From positions 32,001 to 96,000 of the IMG/VR virus record IMGVR_UViG_3300026549_000050: a stretch of DNA of 64,000 nucleotides. One strand, written 5' to 3'. Numbering within the stretch: the first letter of the stretch is position 1; each line of letters starts with the position of its first letter. This stretch comes from a virus. Its lineage: Duplodnaviria; Caudoviricetes. The notes beneath the pieces are model-generated. The model saw only the letters and a list, made by a program, of their open reading frames with translations, made no database searches and was not told the DNA's origin. This document shows, in pieces, positions 26,001 to 35,683 of this stretch. The translations under genes and the position numbers were made by a program.

Positions 26001-29000
26001 TGCTGGATTTAAAACTGCGGGCGCAGCAGTTACCGACTTAGGATATAAAATTTCTTCTTTAGGTATGATTGCCTCAAGTGTAGGTTCAGTTTTTGGTAAG
26101 ATTTTTGCCAATGATGGTCCTATGGCATTAATTAATGCTCATCCAGTTATGGCAATGGTTACTGCAATTGCCGCGATTGCTGGTACTGTGGCATTTATTA
26201 ATAAACAAATAAAAGAAAATGCAAAAAATTCTGCCCAAGAAATTCAACAAGCTTATAGTGAGAGTGTTAAAGAAGCTTCTGATAAAATAGATTCACTTAA
26301 AGCTAATGTAAGCACTTTTAAACAACTATCTAAAGGCGTAGATAAGTACGGACATAATCTTAGTTTAACTGAAGAAGAATATGACCAATTCTTATCTACT
26401 TCTAAGGCTTTGGCAGAAACTTCTCCAAGTTTAATTAAAGGCTATGATGCTCAAGGAAGAGCAATTATAGCAACTGGAGATGCGGTTGACCAATTAATTA
26501 AAAAGCAAGAGGACTTACGTAATACAGCTAGAGATAATTATATTACCGGCGAAGCCTTTAGTACAAATATAGCTGGTATTCGTGCGGGAGAAAATTATGA
26601 ATCTATAGTTAGTTCCGAGTCTTATATAGACGAATATGGAACTACACAGTTTAAGCAAGTTTTCATGGGAAAACAAATTGCTACTTTTAATAAAGCTGTT
26701 AAAAAAATAGATAATAAAAAATTAAAAAATCTCAACGCAGAAATTACTAAATTAACAGGCCATGAAATTGATTTGGCCAATATAAATGACCAAAGTGTTA
26801 AAGTTATTGCCAGCCGATATCAAGACATTAATCGCTTAGTAGAAGAAAACTCTCAAAAATTAGATGATAAAACTCGCGAAGGATTACAAAAAGCTTTCTC
26901 CGGCATAGGAGAAGATTATAATTCTTTCTTATCAGATTTACAACCATTAACTGAACAACTTGGTTTATTTTTAGATTCTAAGGGATTGAGTGTTTTAGGA
27001 TTAGGCATTAGTGAAGAATTTGTTGCTGGTTTTAATAAGGGATTAGAAGATTTAGCCTTAACTTCAGTAACTGAAAACTGGGGAGGCAGTCGACTCCAGC
27101 GCGAGGCCGAAAATTATGCTAAAGGATTTAGAAATTTAACAAAAGAGGGCAGTGCTTATTCTAGAACTTTAGAGCAAATTGATAGAATACAGCAAGATTA
27201 TCTTAAAAATGCTGGTGAAACCGGAGCAATTGAAGATTATAATAAAAATATTCAAGAACAAATAAATCATTTAAATTCTTTAGCTAATCAATATGATGGC
27301 ACAAGCGCGGCTGGTACAGCTTTCGCCGAGATGTGTCGTAGCGCCGCAGCTGATGCGCAGATGTTCACAGAGTACGGCGTTGCTTTGTTGGGTGAGGGTT
27401 TAAATACTCTTGCTTCAGAATTTTCTCAGGCTCGTGAAGCCCAAAAACGTTTTGAAGAAGCCACTGCGGGCGGAGATTACTATACTGCCGCGGAAGGATA
27501 CAAGTCCATTATGGACACCGTAATGAACGAAAAGAATGATGCAGGGCAGGGATCTCTTACGGCTTGGCGCGGCGCAACGGAATTATTAGGAGCTTCTGTA
27601 GTTGATAATGCAAAAAGTTGGGATGAAGTAGCAAGTAAAATACAAAAAATCGCTCCTATGTTTGAGGATGGAGCCGAAGGAGTATTAGCCTTTAATGATT
27701 TCTTAGTTGAAGCTTGGCACAATGCCGGTGGGGCCTCTGGAGAACTTGCAAAACTTGGCTCAGTTATTGATGGTGAATTTCATTTTGATTTTGATACACA
27801 AAATGAAAGTTTAGAAAAGTTTGCAAAACTATTAGGCATATCTGAAGGAGCTCTCGCGGCATTAATAGATAAGAGTAGACAATGGGTACCTTGGGATATA
27901 AGTGACCCAGATATGATTATGTCTGCTCTACGTAATAGTGAAACGACTATTCAAGGAAGTAATGGTACATTATATACTGCTGAATCAGCCTTCCGTGACG
28001 AGGCTTATCGTAATGAAATTGTTGGTGATAATTATAAGGAAACTCGAAAAACGGTAGAGGATCGAGGGGTTAAACTTTTAACTGTTGATGAATTAACTGC
28101 CAAAAGTCAAAGTGGAATTGTTGCTAATGATATTTTAAAAGATTTAAATATTAGCAGTCAACAACAAAACAATACATTAGACAATGCTGTAAGAGTATTT
28201 TCTGGATTAGGATTTGGATTAGAAGATATAACCACGGTTTTAACTAAACAAGGTATGTCTTTACAAGAGGGTCCAGTTACGGCAGAGCAAATAGCCGAGG
28301 TTTATGACCAGCAAGCTTTTGCAGCAGAAAATCCAACTGTTGCTGGAATCGCTAGTGATACTGGAATAATTGCCAGCAATACATCCGCTTTATTAACCTC
28401 TATGGGTATTTTAGATAAAAATACAAAAGAAAAGGTTGATGAAGTTACTAGTGATAAATATGTTGATAATGCCTTTTTAGACTATAAACGCGAAAGAAAG
28501 GGCGCAACCAATCAAGCAGAACGTGAGCAAGCTCTTAATAATGTTCAAGCTAAAATTGATAAGTATGATAGCGACATTGAGCGTTTAAAACAGGGGCAAT
28601 CAACCCACAAGGAAGATACTGCAACCTGGAAAGAGTATCAAGAAACCATTGATAAATTAGAAAAAGCTAGAAATAATTTATCTGGTATGGTGGAAAAAGA
28701 TCAACAATTATTAATTGATACCGCTGAACAAGCTCAAACAATTATTCAAGACATTGGTATTTCTAATGAAAATACGGATTTTCTCAATGCAAATGCATTA
28801 GATGTCTCTAATGCTCTTAATAACACTGATATTAATGCAGGAATTGCATCTTTGGCAGCCCTTAGACAAGAAGGTAGTCTAACTAAAGATACAATGTTTG
28901 CTTTGGCTAGTGAATTTCAGAAAATACATAATACAGATTTATCACAATTAACTTATGGAGAACTTGCTAATCTCTATACTCAACTTGGTTTAGGTAAAGA

Positions 29001-32000
29001 ACAATGTACGGAACTTTACGCATCTTTGAATGGTTTATCAGAAGATGAGATTGAAATATTAATAAATCCTGAGGTTGAGGGTAAGGAGAAAGTTGATCAA
29101 TTCTTAGATGAATTAGCAAAAACTCCAAAACAAAAAGAAATTTTCATAGAAGCCGCCGCAAAAATCGCGGGTGGAAATGCTGCCAGTGCTAAAGATACTA
29201 TAATGCAGCAATTAGGCTTTTCTTCTGAACAAGCAGAAATAATTACTCAAAAAATTGAAGTAGCTCTTGAAACAGAAAGTCTTGATACTGCAAGCGTAAT
29301 TGACGCAGTAGATAGCATACCTTCATATAAAGGAATAAATGTCAATGCTAATATTGCAAATGCAATGAGCGGAATTGATCAAACTAAGGGCAATATTAGT
29401 TCCATACCAGATGAGCATGGTACTAATATTACGGCAGATAACTCTGATTTAAATAGTAAATCTGCCCAAGCCACCAGTAACATTAATAGTATTCCAGATA
29501 GTCATGGTACTAATATTACTGCTACAGATAGTGCTACTTCAGTAATAAGTAGAGTTAGAACTGCTTTATCAAGAATACCTAGTGTTGTTAGATCTATTAT
29601 TAAGGTCGATAAAGAGGCCGCGAGGGGTTTAAATTATTCAATTCCTGCTCATCAAACGCCTAGTTTTGGTTCGGCCGCGAATGGATTTAATACTACAGGT
29701 TCTTCCAAACGTTCAATGACTGCTTTGGTAGGCGAAGAAGGATTTGAAATCGCATATATACCATCTCAAGCGCGTTCAATGATATTGGGTGCAAATGGAC
29801 CAGAAATTACTTCTTTCCCAAGTGATACAGTTATTTATCCACATAAGCAGTCTTTAGATATTATTAGACGTGGAAAGCAAAAAAATAGTTTTGATTCATT
29901 TGCACAAGGTAGAAGCGGTGGTTTAAGATCATCAGTCATTAAATATGTTGAATCAAACAATGCACGTAAGTCGGGTGGTAGTAGTAGCAATAACAAAAGT
30001 AATAATAAATCCAATGCAGGTAATAAAGCCGCGAAAGCAGTTGAAGATACTGCAAAACGTATCGGTGGTGTATCTGTATGGTGGGAAAATATTGCTCGTA
30101 AAACTGAGGCAACTCAACGTAAAGCAGATAATAACCAGAAAAACTTTGATAAATATATCAAAGATATGCGTGCCACTCTTAAAAAGACCGGTACTGTTGG
30201 TCAAGGTGATGCTTATATATCAAATTTAAAGAACGTTATTTCTTTGAATCAACAACAGGTTAAAAAAGCAACACAACAATTATTAACTCTTGACATAGGA
30301 ACCGATGCATATAGAAAAGCTAAAAATGCCGAAGAAAGAGCCAAAGCTAATGAAAGAGCTTTTAATGGAGCTACTCCTGGAGTAGCACAGGTATCTTATT
30401 CTACTGGTTCTGGTGACAACAAAAAAACCGTTGATGAATTAGTTAATCTAGCTCCTTTTATAAAGAAAGATAAAACCGGCGCTTATGTTGTAGATCAGGG
30501 CGTACTTAATAGCGTTAAAAACCAAGAAAGACGTAAAGGTATCGCTGATGCTGCAAATAAAGAAGTTAATGATTTAACTAACAAAAGAAATAAAGCCGAA
30601 GATGAGATAAAAAAAGCTCAAGAAGCTTTGGAAAAGATGGGCGAAGAATTATATAATACATTCTTTGCTTGGGAAACTGAATTAACAAAAATTTGGAATA
30701 TTACTCAAAAAATAGAAAGAGCAGAAGAAAAATTATCTCGTCAAAAAGCTTATAGCGAATTATTGACTGCGCAATTAAATTCTGGACTGCAAAAAGCCAC
30801 AAAAGAATTTAACAAAAAGAGTGTGGCCGCATTTAAAACTGAAATAAAGCAAGAAACGAAAATATTGCGCTCTAGAGTCAATTCAATTTCAGTTTTACGC
30901 GATAATGTAACAAAAGCTTTAAGTACTGCGGATGAAAAAGCTACTTTAAAATCAATTAAAGCTAAGCTGGCGAGTGATAAAAAATATGATGCTGCTAGGG
31001 CAAACCTGCAGAAAAAAGCAGAAGCCAAAACTAAGGCTCGGAATAGAGTTAAAAAAGCTAAGGCAGGGGTTTCTTCAGCTCAAGCGCAATTAAAGGCCGC
31101 GAAAAAAACTGGTAATGCAAAACAAATAGCCGCAGCGCAAACAAAGCTTAATAATGCAAATAGGGAATTAGCTAATGCCAATAAAGCATTAACTAATGCT
31201 ACTAAAGCTTATAATACAGCTAGCAAAAGTTTATCACAATATAAAAACTTAAATGCAACTGAAAAATTAGGTTATGAGACTTATGCAAAAAAACTGCAAG
31301 AGGATATAGATATTCAAAATGCAGCGAGCAAGTATTTAACTGCGACAAGGCTCGCAGATGGCACAGTTGATTTTAATTTTAACAGTAGTAGATTTGAACA
31401 AGATAAATTAGCTGGTAACATAAGCGCAGATAAGGCTAAAAAAATTGAAGAATATGTTGAGAAAGTTCAAAAGGCAGTTGAAGAATTAAATACTACTTAT
31501 AAGGAAATAACTGATGTTTTAACAGATATGCATGATAGGTTGGCTGATTTAAAAGATCAATGGGCCAACTACGCAAGAGATTTATGGGAATATGTCGAAG
31601 AAAAGAAAAAAGATGATGTAGAAAACTTAAAAAAGCTTAGTTCTTCAATTAGCAATGCTTTAAAGAAGTTATTAGATGAAGTAAAACGTAAACTTGATGA
31701 GCGTAGACGCGTAGAAGATAATGCAAAAACTGAGTCCGATATCTCTAGAAAACAGCAGCGTTTAGCTATGTTACGTGCTGATACTTCTGGCGGAAACCTT
31801 GTAGAGATTGCTCAATTAGAACAAGAATTAGCCACAGCACAACAAAATTATCAGCGTTCTTTAGAAGATCAGCTATTAGATAAATTACAACAACAAGCAG
31901 ATCTTGCAGCTCAGCAACGTGAAAGACTTATTGAACTAAGTGAGGCTCAACTTGAAGCAACTAACAATGCTGCCTTGGTTGATATGTGGATGGCTAATCC

Positions 32001-33534
32001 AGAAGCATATAAATCAGAAATTCTTAAAGCATATCGCGCTAATAACAAATACGATATAAGTCCACAAGCTATTAAAGATTCAATAAATAGAGATTTTGAA
32101 ACTTTTTGGAATGGTTTAACTACAAATCAGCAAGAACAAAAGTTACTTACCAATGAAATCACTGGTATAAAAGATATAGTTAATAAAATTGAAAAAGAAT
32201 TAGCTAATTCAAGTGTTTCTCTTTCCAGTGCCAAATCTAGTGGTTATTCTGCAAAAGGGGCAAAAAATCTATTTGGTGCCTCTCTGAGTGATTTACGTAC
32301 AATAGGTAAGTATACCGCCGCTGATTTCTTAAAATCAAATTACAAGGCAAAAGACCTTAAAGCGGCTGGTTTTAGTGCGTCGGAAGCAATAAAAGCTGGT
32401 GTTAGTTTAAAAGATTTAAAATCAGCTGGTTATACTGCTGCTAATTTAAAACAAGCCGGCGTAAAAATTGAAAATGCTAAAAAAGCTGGTTATACAAATG
32501 CTGAGTTAGCACAAGGATATGGCGCCACCGCGGCAATGATCAATTTAAATATGTCTGGTAAGGCAGTACAAAATGCTACTGGCGCCAGTGCAGCATCGTT
32601 ACAAAAAATTGTTAATAAAAGCGCTACTGACAAAGCTGTACAAACAGATATGTCTGGTGTTACAGCCAAAATGGATACAAATGGTAAGACTGCTGGAGGT
32701 TCTATTACTGGTACCATTGGTACTACTGGTAAACAGATTGCTGCCAATCGTGGGTCTACACTTTATGTACAAGGCTGGGATACCAAAACTGGTAAGGCAA
32801 ATGGTAAACAAGCGGTTTATACAATCGACAAGTTAACAGCCGCGCTAATTAAAAGTCATCCACAAGAGGCTAAACAAGCGTTAATTTATGCTATTCAAAA
32901 TCAAGCTTGGGGCTCTAAAATTAATAAGAATTTTAAAGGATTAGTCTCTGCCGCGAAAATTGGTGGCAATTCTTATAAATTAGCTAGTAAAGGTCATGCT
33001 TGGTATGCTAGTGTTGGTTCAGATGGTGTTATTTATCAAAATCATAATAGTGGTGTAGTTACTTGGAATCCGGCAACTGGAAAAACAAGTACAATTAAAT
33101 ATGATAAAGCAAAATTTTTAGCAAAAGCCAAGAAAAATGATACAGTTAGTAGGGAATATGCACAAGTATTAATTGATAAAAAAGCTTATACTAAAACTCA
33201 ATTACAAAAAGCAGGAGTTAAAAAGTTTGCATCGGGCGGATTGGCAGACTTTACTGGTCCGGCCTGGCTTGATGGTACTAATTCCAAACCAGAACTTGTT
33301 TTAAATGCTCAGGATACTAAAAACTTCTTAGCCCTAAAGGATGTTTTAAGTAGAGCAGTTAAATCTACAAATGATATTTCTAACGGATATGGTAACGCTG
33401 TATATGAAATTAATATAAATGTCGACCATATTAATAATGATTATGATGTAGATCGCATTGCCGAAAGAGTTAAACGAAATATTGTTAAAGATTCTAATTA
33501 TAGAAATATTACACAAGTAAGAAAATTCCGCTAA
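23083..33534 (+). CDS. Tail tape measure protein (about 3480 aa)
   Basis: TP901-type core (ELDAAMTETAVV...NLGTAMKTIVARF), long helical Ala/Lys/Gln-rich body, C-terminal KFASGG...PELVLN; ATG at 23083 has RBS GGAGGAG. Confidence 0.9.
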   Translation: MAETVDILLRARMEANEVTSSIGQIQKSLQSLTLPKGLSNDLEKEFSKIGPLLKDYQKQLNKGFSNKKDLQTFSALKEQIGDTLGTIKTLVNQANSQQIRLKVDTQAIDQLQNKIVSKTEALQKALSQVFTKSVNADNIATQFDKVLQSTSRSTSVKGMIGNAGKLFNAQEYAAYNAELDKIKNKILSLSTSKVNFAKSLGVKDAEKDIAAVEAKITSFFNKLKVNEGKVQSIELLKKELREMGVELEQLDISSKLKGAEEVNSLHAGLQQIEQDFHNTGNAANDAASGILSMKDQVGQLRQSTQYFFSLRNMINLFKRGIDDAVKSVKELDAAMTETAVVTTNTVGDMWNMLPEYTKNANALGATVLDMYKATTLYYQQGLNAEQSMSIAAETMKMARIGGLEAADATDKMTAALRGFNMEINELSAQRINDVYSNLAAKTASNTEELGSAMQRTASIAHSAGMSFEGTAAFLAQAIETTREPAENLGTAMKTIVARFQELKENPLEIVEVDGEEVSYNKVDTALQSIGVSLKDANGQFRNLDKVFLEIAQRWDSLTQTQQRYIATTAAGSRQQSRFIAMMSNYERTMQLMSYANDSAGASNEQFNKTMDSLEAKLNKLHNAWQAFMMGIANNTFVKGAVDGLTFVISQTNTLINTLSGGRGVIKSFLSLFTAFTALKGLGRFANAAIGGLGGMLDPQSSFKQGFFGGGIIGNKANANATQARMISDPIVNAINRLYQAQTGKTVTKDSQTSAKADYKAFTEANTGLRGTINQLKPGEQFSIGEAYSKIDKLDTRQQKAVLQQLPGLTLSLQKNGIKFNTKDISRSSQELLKVFNKEINDGLKNGNIDSQTALKMFGSPQEFAKAMSARGDDYARAAQEVLGNSFDRSTYREDLANKLLQVEKFKNMDKDSFNNYLDKAVAKRNERDQQEFAGFATSQISNGAKLANNIASVGQAATMAGQGVAQLGMQLSNAGFKTAGAAVTDLGYKISSLGMIASSVGSVFGKIFANDGPMALINAHPVMAMVTAIAAIAGTVAFINKQIKENAKNSAQEIQQAYSESVKEASDKIDSLKANVSTFKQLSKGVDKYGHNLSLTEEEYDQFLSTSKALAETSPSLIKGYDAQGRAIIATGDAVDQLIKKQEDLRNTARDNYITGEAFSTNIAGIRAGENYESIVSSESYIDEYGTTQFKQVFMGKQIATFNKAVKKIDNKKLKNLNAEITKLTGHEIDLANINDQSVKVIASRYQDINRLVEENSQKLDDKTREGLQKAFSGIGEDYNSFLSDLQPLTEQLGLFLDSKGLSVLGLGISEEFVAGFNKGLEDLALTSVTENWGGSRLQREAENYAKGFRNLTKEGSAYSRTLEQIDRIQQDYLKNAGETGAIEDYNKNIQEQINHLNSLANQYDGTSAAGTAFAEMCRSAAADAQMFTEYGVALLGEGLNTLASEFSQAREAQKRFEEATAGGDYYTAAEGYKSIMDTVMNEKNDAGQGSLTAWRGATELLGASVVDNAKSWDEVASKIQKIAPMFEDGAEGVLAFNDFLVEAWHNAGGASGELAKLGSVIDGEFHFDFDTQNESLEKFAKLLGISEGALAALIDKSRQWVPWDISDPDMIMSALRNSETTIQGSNGTLYTAESAFRDEAYRNEIVGDNYKETRKTVEDRGVKLLTVDELTAKSQSGIVANDILKDLNISSQQQNNTLDNAVRVFSGLGFGLEDITTVLTKQGMSLQEGPVTAEQIAEVYDQQAFAAENPTVAGIASDTGIIASNTSALLTSMGILDKNTKEKVDEVTSDKYVDNAFLDYKRERKGATNQAEREQALNNVQAKIDKYDSDIERLKQGQSTHKEDTATWKEYQETIDKLEKARNNLSGMVEKDQQLLIDTAEQAQTIIQDIGISNENTDFLNANALDVSNALNNTDINAGIASLAALRQEGSLTKDTMFALASEFQKIHNTDLSQLTYGELANLYTQLGLGKEQCTELYASLNGLSEDEIEILINPEVEGKEKVDQFLDELAKTPKQKEIFIEAAAKIAGGNAASAKDTIMQQLGFSSEQAEIITQKIEVALETESLDTASVIDAVDSIPSYKGINVNANIANAMSGIDQTKGNISSIPDEHGTNITADNSDLNSKSAQATSNINSIPDSHGTNITATDSATSVISRVRTALSRIPSVVRSIIKVDKEAARGLNYSIPAHQTPSFGSAANGFNTTGSSKRSMTALVGEEGFEIAYIPSQARSMILGANGPEITSFPSDTVIYPHKQSLDIIRRGKQKNSFDSFAQGRSGGLRSSVIKYVESNNARKSGGSSSNNKSNNKSNAGNKAAKAVEDTAKRIGGVSVWWENIARKTEATQRKADNNQKNFDKYIKDMRATLKKTGTVGQGDAYISNLKNVISLNQQQVKKATQQLLTLDIGTDAYRKAKNAEERAKANERAFNGATPGVAQVSYSTGSGDNKKTVDELVNLAPFIKKDKTGAYVVDQGVLNSVKNQERRKGIADAANKEVNDLTNKRNKAEDEIKKAQEALEKMGEELYNTFFAWETELTKIWNITQKIERAEEKLSRQKAYSELLTAQLNSGLQKATKEFNKKSVAAFKTEIKQETKILRSRVNSISVLRDNVTKALSTADEKATLKSIKAKLASDKKYDAARANLQKKAEAKTKARNRVKKAKAGVSSAQAQLKAAKKTGNAKQIAAAQTKLNNANRELANANKALTNATKAYNTASKSLSQYKNLNATEKLGYETYAKKLQEDIDIQNAASKYLTATRLADGTVDFNFNSSRFEQDKLAGNISADKAKKIEEYVEKVQKAVEELNTTYKEITDVLTDMHDRLADLKDQWANYARDLWEYVEEKKKDDVENLKKLSSSISNALKKLLDEVKRKLDERRRVEDNAKTESDISRKQQRLAMLRADTSGGNLVEIAQLEQELATAQQNYQRSLEDQLLDKLQQQADLAAQQRERLIELSEAQLEATNNAALVDMWMANPEAYKSEILKAYRANNKYDISPQAIKDSINRDFETFWNGLTTNQQEQKLLTNEITGIKDIVNKIEKELANSSVSLSSAKSSGYSAKGAKNLFGASLSDLRTIGKYTAADFLKSNYKAKDLKAAGFSASEAIKAGVSLKDLKSAGYTAANLKQAGVKIENAKKAGYTNAELAQGYGATAAMINLNMSGKAVQNATGASAASLQKIVNKSATDKAVQTDMSGVTAKMDTNGKTAGGSITGTIGTTGKQIAANRGSTLYVQGWDTKTGKANGKQAVYTIDKLTAALIKSHPQEAKQALIYAIQNQAWGSKINKNFKGLVSAAKIGGNSYKLASKGHAWYASVGSDGVIYQNHNSGVVTWNPATGKTSTIKYDKAKFLAKAKKNDTVSREYAQVLIDKKAYTKTQLQKAGVKKFASGGLADFTGPAWLDGTNSKPELVLNAQDTKNFLALKDVLSRAVKSTNDISNGYGNAVYEININVDHINNDYDVDRIAERVKRNIVKDSNYRNITQVRKFR

Positions 33535-33562
33535 AAAAAGAGGGGTATATACCCCTCTTTTA
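33533..33562. terminator. Bidirectional terminator between converging modules
   Basis: AAAAAGAGGGGTAT/ATACCCCTCTTTTT inverted repeat with A/T runs on both sides. Confidence 0.8.
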
Positions 33563-33573
33563 ATTTGTTTTAA

Positions 33574-33957
33574 TTATTCCATAAAAGGCATCAATGCTTC
33601 CAGTTCTTCCGAAGTACATTCTACATTGTCGCCCAAATCTTCAAGACATAAATTAAAATTATCAATTTCAACTTCTAAGTTTTGTAAATCTTCTAAAGCT
33701 TGATTACACTCATCTATTTTGTCGTCTATTATCATAATTTGTGAACCGTCTTCTGAAAAAACAAATTCTCCGTTTGCATCTTTTTTTGCGTATATATCTA
33801 TAATTTCTTGAAATTTCTCACTATAAAATTCAGTTTCTTTTTCGATGGCTTTTTTAATTTTATTAATTTTATAAGCTCCCTTTAGTGGCAGATTTACTCC
33901 AGCAAAAAAATTGCTATTGTTTCTAAAGCTTATTAATTGTTCCATTTTTACTTTCAT
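33574..33957 (-). CDS. Hypothetical acidic protein
   Basis: Last ORF of the leftward operon. Confidence 0.65.
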   Translation of the reverse strand: MKVKMEQLISFRNNSNFFAGVNLPLKGAYKINKIKKAIEKETEFYSEKFQEIIDIYAKKDANGEFVFSEDGSQIMIIDDKIDECNQALEDLQNLEVEIDNFNLCLEDLGDNVECTSEELEALMPFME

Positions 33958-33963
33958 TTTAGT

Positions 33964-34698
33964 TTATTCCTCCCAGTTGAATGTTTCAACTTTCTTCTTA
34001 TAATTATCACTTACATATTTACCAATACCAATCGCATCGGCTACATCGTCAGATACTGTAATATCAAACCATTCTTTTACTTTCATTTGCATTGACCGTT
34101 TACGGTCCGCGCGGGTACGCCCTTTTACTTGACAATGACTACGCCATGTGGCGGGTGGTACGATTTTATAATCAACTTCTGCCATATAACATTCTGCCAT
34201 TAAGATGCCTTGTAATCGCGCAAGAGTTTGATATGTAGTAACTCCGATTGTTTTGTTGTTAAATTGTTGAAGTTGTATTCCCTCAATTCCAATTATATCT
34301 GGGTCCCATTTAAAAATTAATTGATATAACCAATTTTTAATTTCTATATCTCGTGCTATTTCGTCTTCGGCGGCCGCCTCAAACGTACCGGCATAGATAA
34401 GTTCCTTACCATCAAATATAGAATATCCTGTTACGTGGGTGGCTTGGTCTAAACCAATTGACCGCTGTATAAGTTTATTTTTGGGAATTATTTTTTCTTC
34501 AAAATTATTATATTGATTTTGTTTACATACTGGACACTCCCATTTATCTCTAACTTTCTTATAAGGAAGATAAACTCTATGTCCTTCATTACATTCAAAA
34601 ATTAAATCTGTGTCTAAATTTTTATATTCTTCTGAAATTAAACTCCAACTATGCTCTATCGCCGCCTTTCTTATATCATCAATTTTTATTTTAGCCAA
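33964..34698 (-). CDS. ruvC: RuvC-like Holliday junction resolvase with N-terminal Zn ribbon
   Basis: IGLDQAT, IGIEGI and DDVADAIGIG acidic motifs; CNEGH...CPVC; probable TTG start at 34698. Confidence 0.75.
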   Translation of the reverse strand: MAKIKIDDIRKAAIEHSWSLISEEYKNLDTDLIFECNEGHRVYLPYKKVRDKWECPVCKQNQYNNFEEKIIPKNKLIQRSIGLDQATHVTGYSIFDGKELIYAGTFEAAAEDEIARDIEIKNWLYQLIFKWDPDIIGIEGIQLQQFNNKTIGVTTYQTLARLQGILMAECYMAEVDYKIVPPATWRSHCQVKGRTRADRKRSMQMKVKEWFDITVSDDVADAIGIGKYVSDNYKKKVETFNWEE

Positions 34699-35683
34699 TT
34701 CCTGTACTTCCGAAGCCACCGCCGCGGTCTTCGCCGATTTCTCCTACAGATTCCACTTGTAAAAAGTTTGCTTGTGGAACTTGAACTAATCTCATTTGAG
34801 CGAAACGGTCACCTTTAGAGATTGTATAAGAACTTCCATGAAGTATTGATTTAATATGAATTTCTCCATTATCGTCAAAATCATATTCTATATCTTTAAA
34901 TGGCGGCTCGATGTTTTCTATGATAACACCAATTTCATCGCGATATCCTGCGTCAATAAGTCCTGGCGTATTAGCAATTCGAAGTTTTGTTTTTACTGAT
35001 TGTCCAGAGCGTGGTTGGATAAGTATGGCATATCCTTCTGGTATTGCCATTTTAATTCCTGTTCCTACAATTTTAGTTTCACCTGGGTTAATTGTAATTT
35101 CTTCTTTTGCATATATATCTAATCCTGCATCGGTTTTATGTGCATATGCGGGTAGTTTAACCTCTTCTTCAAGTTCACAAGGTATTTGAATAACTTGCGA
35201 ACCACCAAGAATTTGGTGTACCTTATTATTTACCAATGTATAAATTTCTTTAAGAAAATCTTTTTTTGGGTTACTTAAAAAGTCAATTTTATCAATAGCT
35301 TCTATAGCTGTGCTAAAGTCTGAATCTAAAGACTCTTGATTGTAGTTTTGCCCTATTACTAAAGCACGTAGTTCAACGGCCGCCTCTGGTTCATTTAAAG
35401 TTTCTGCAAAAATCCCAAGAAATTGATCTTTAAGTAGGTTGAAATTATCATCTTCAAGAGCTAGTAAAGACTCAAACATTTCTAGACCACCGAGTAGGTC
35501 GATTGCATCTTTATTATCTTCATAGAATTGTTGTAATTCTTCTTCGTTAATTTCTACTTCTTCATTGTCCGTCGTTGGCGCGCCGTCAAGATTTTTTATG
35601 ATAAATATATCATTTGTGGTTGTAAAAATATTACCCTCTAATTCTTCTTTAGATTTAAGCTCTACTATATTCTCATTATTCAT
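34691..35683 (-). CDS. dut: Trimeric dUTPase with long acidic N-terminal extension
   Basis: AGLD, PRSG, GLIDAGYRDEI, RFAQ and RGGGFGSTG motifs 1-5. Confidence 0.9.
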   Translation of the reverse strand: MNNENIVELKSKEELEGNIFTTTNDIFIIKNLDGAPTTDNEEVEINEEELQQFYEDNKDAIDLLGGLEMFESLLALEDDNFNLLKDQFLGIFAETLNEPEAAVELRALVIGQNYNQESLDSDFSTAIEAIDKIDFLSNPKKDFLKEIYTLVNNKVHQILGGSQVIQIPCELEEEVKLPAYAHKTDAGLDIYAKEEITINPGETKIVGTGIKMAIPEGYAILIQPRSGQSVKTKLRIANTPGLIDAGYRDEIGVIIENIEPPFKDIEYDFDDNGEIHIKSILHGSSYTISKGDRFAQMRLVQVPQANFLQVESVGEIGEDRGGGFGSTGIG

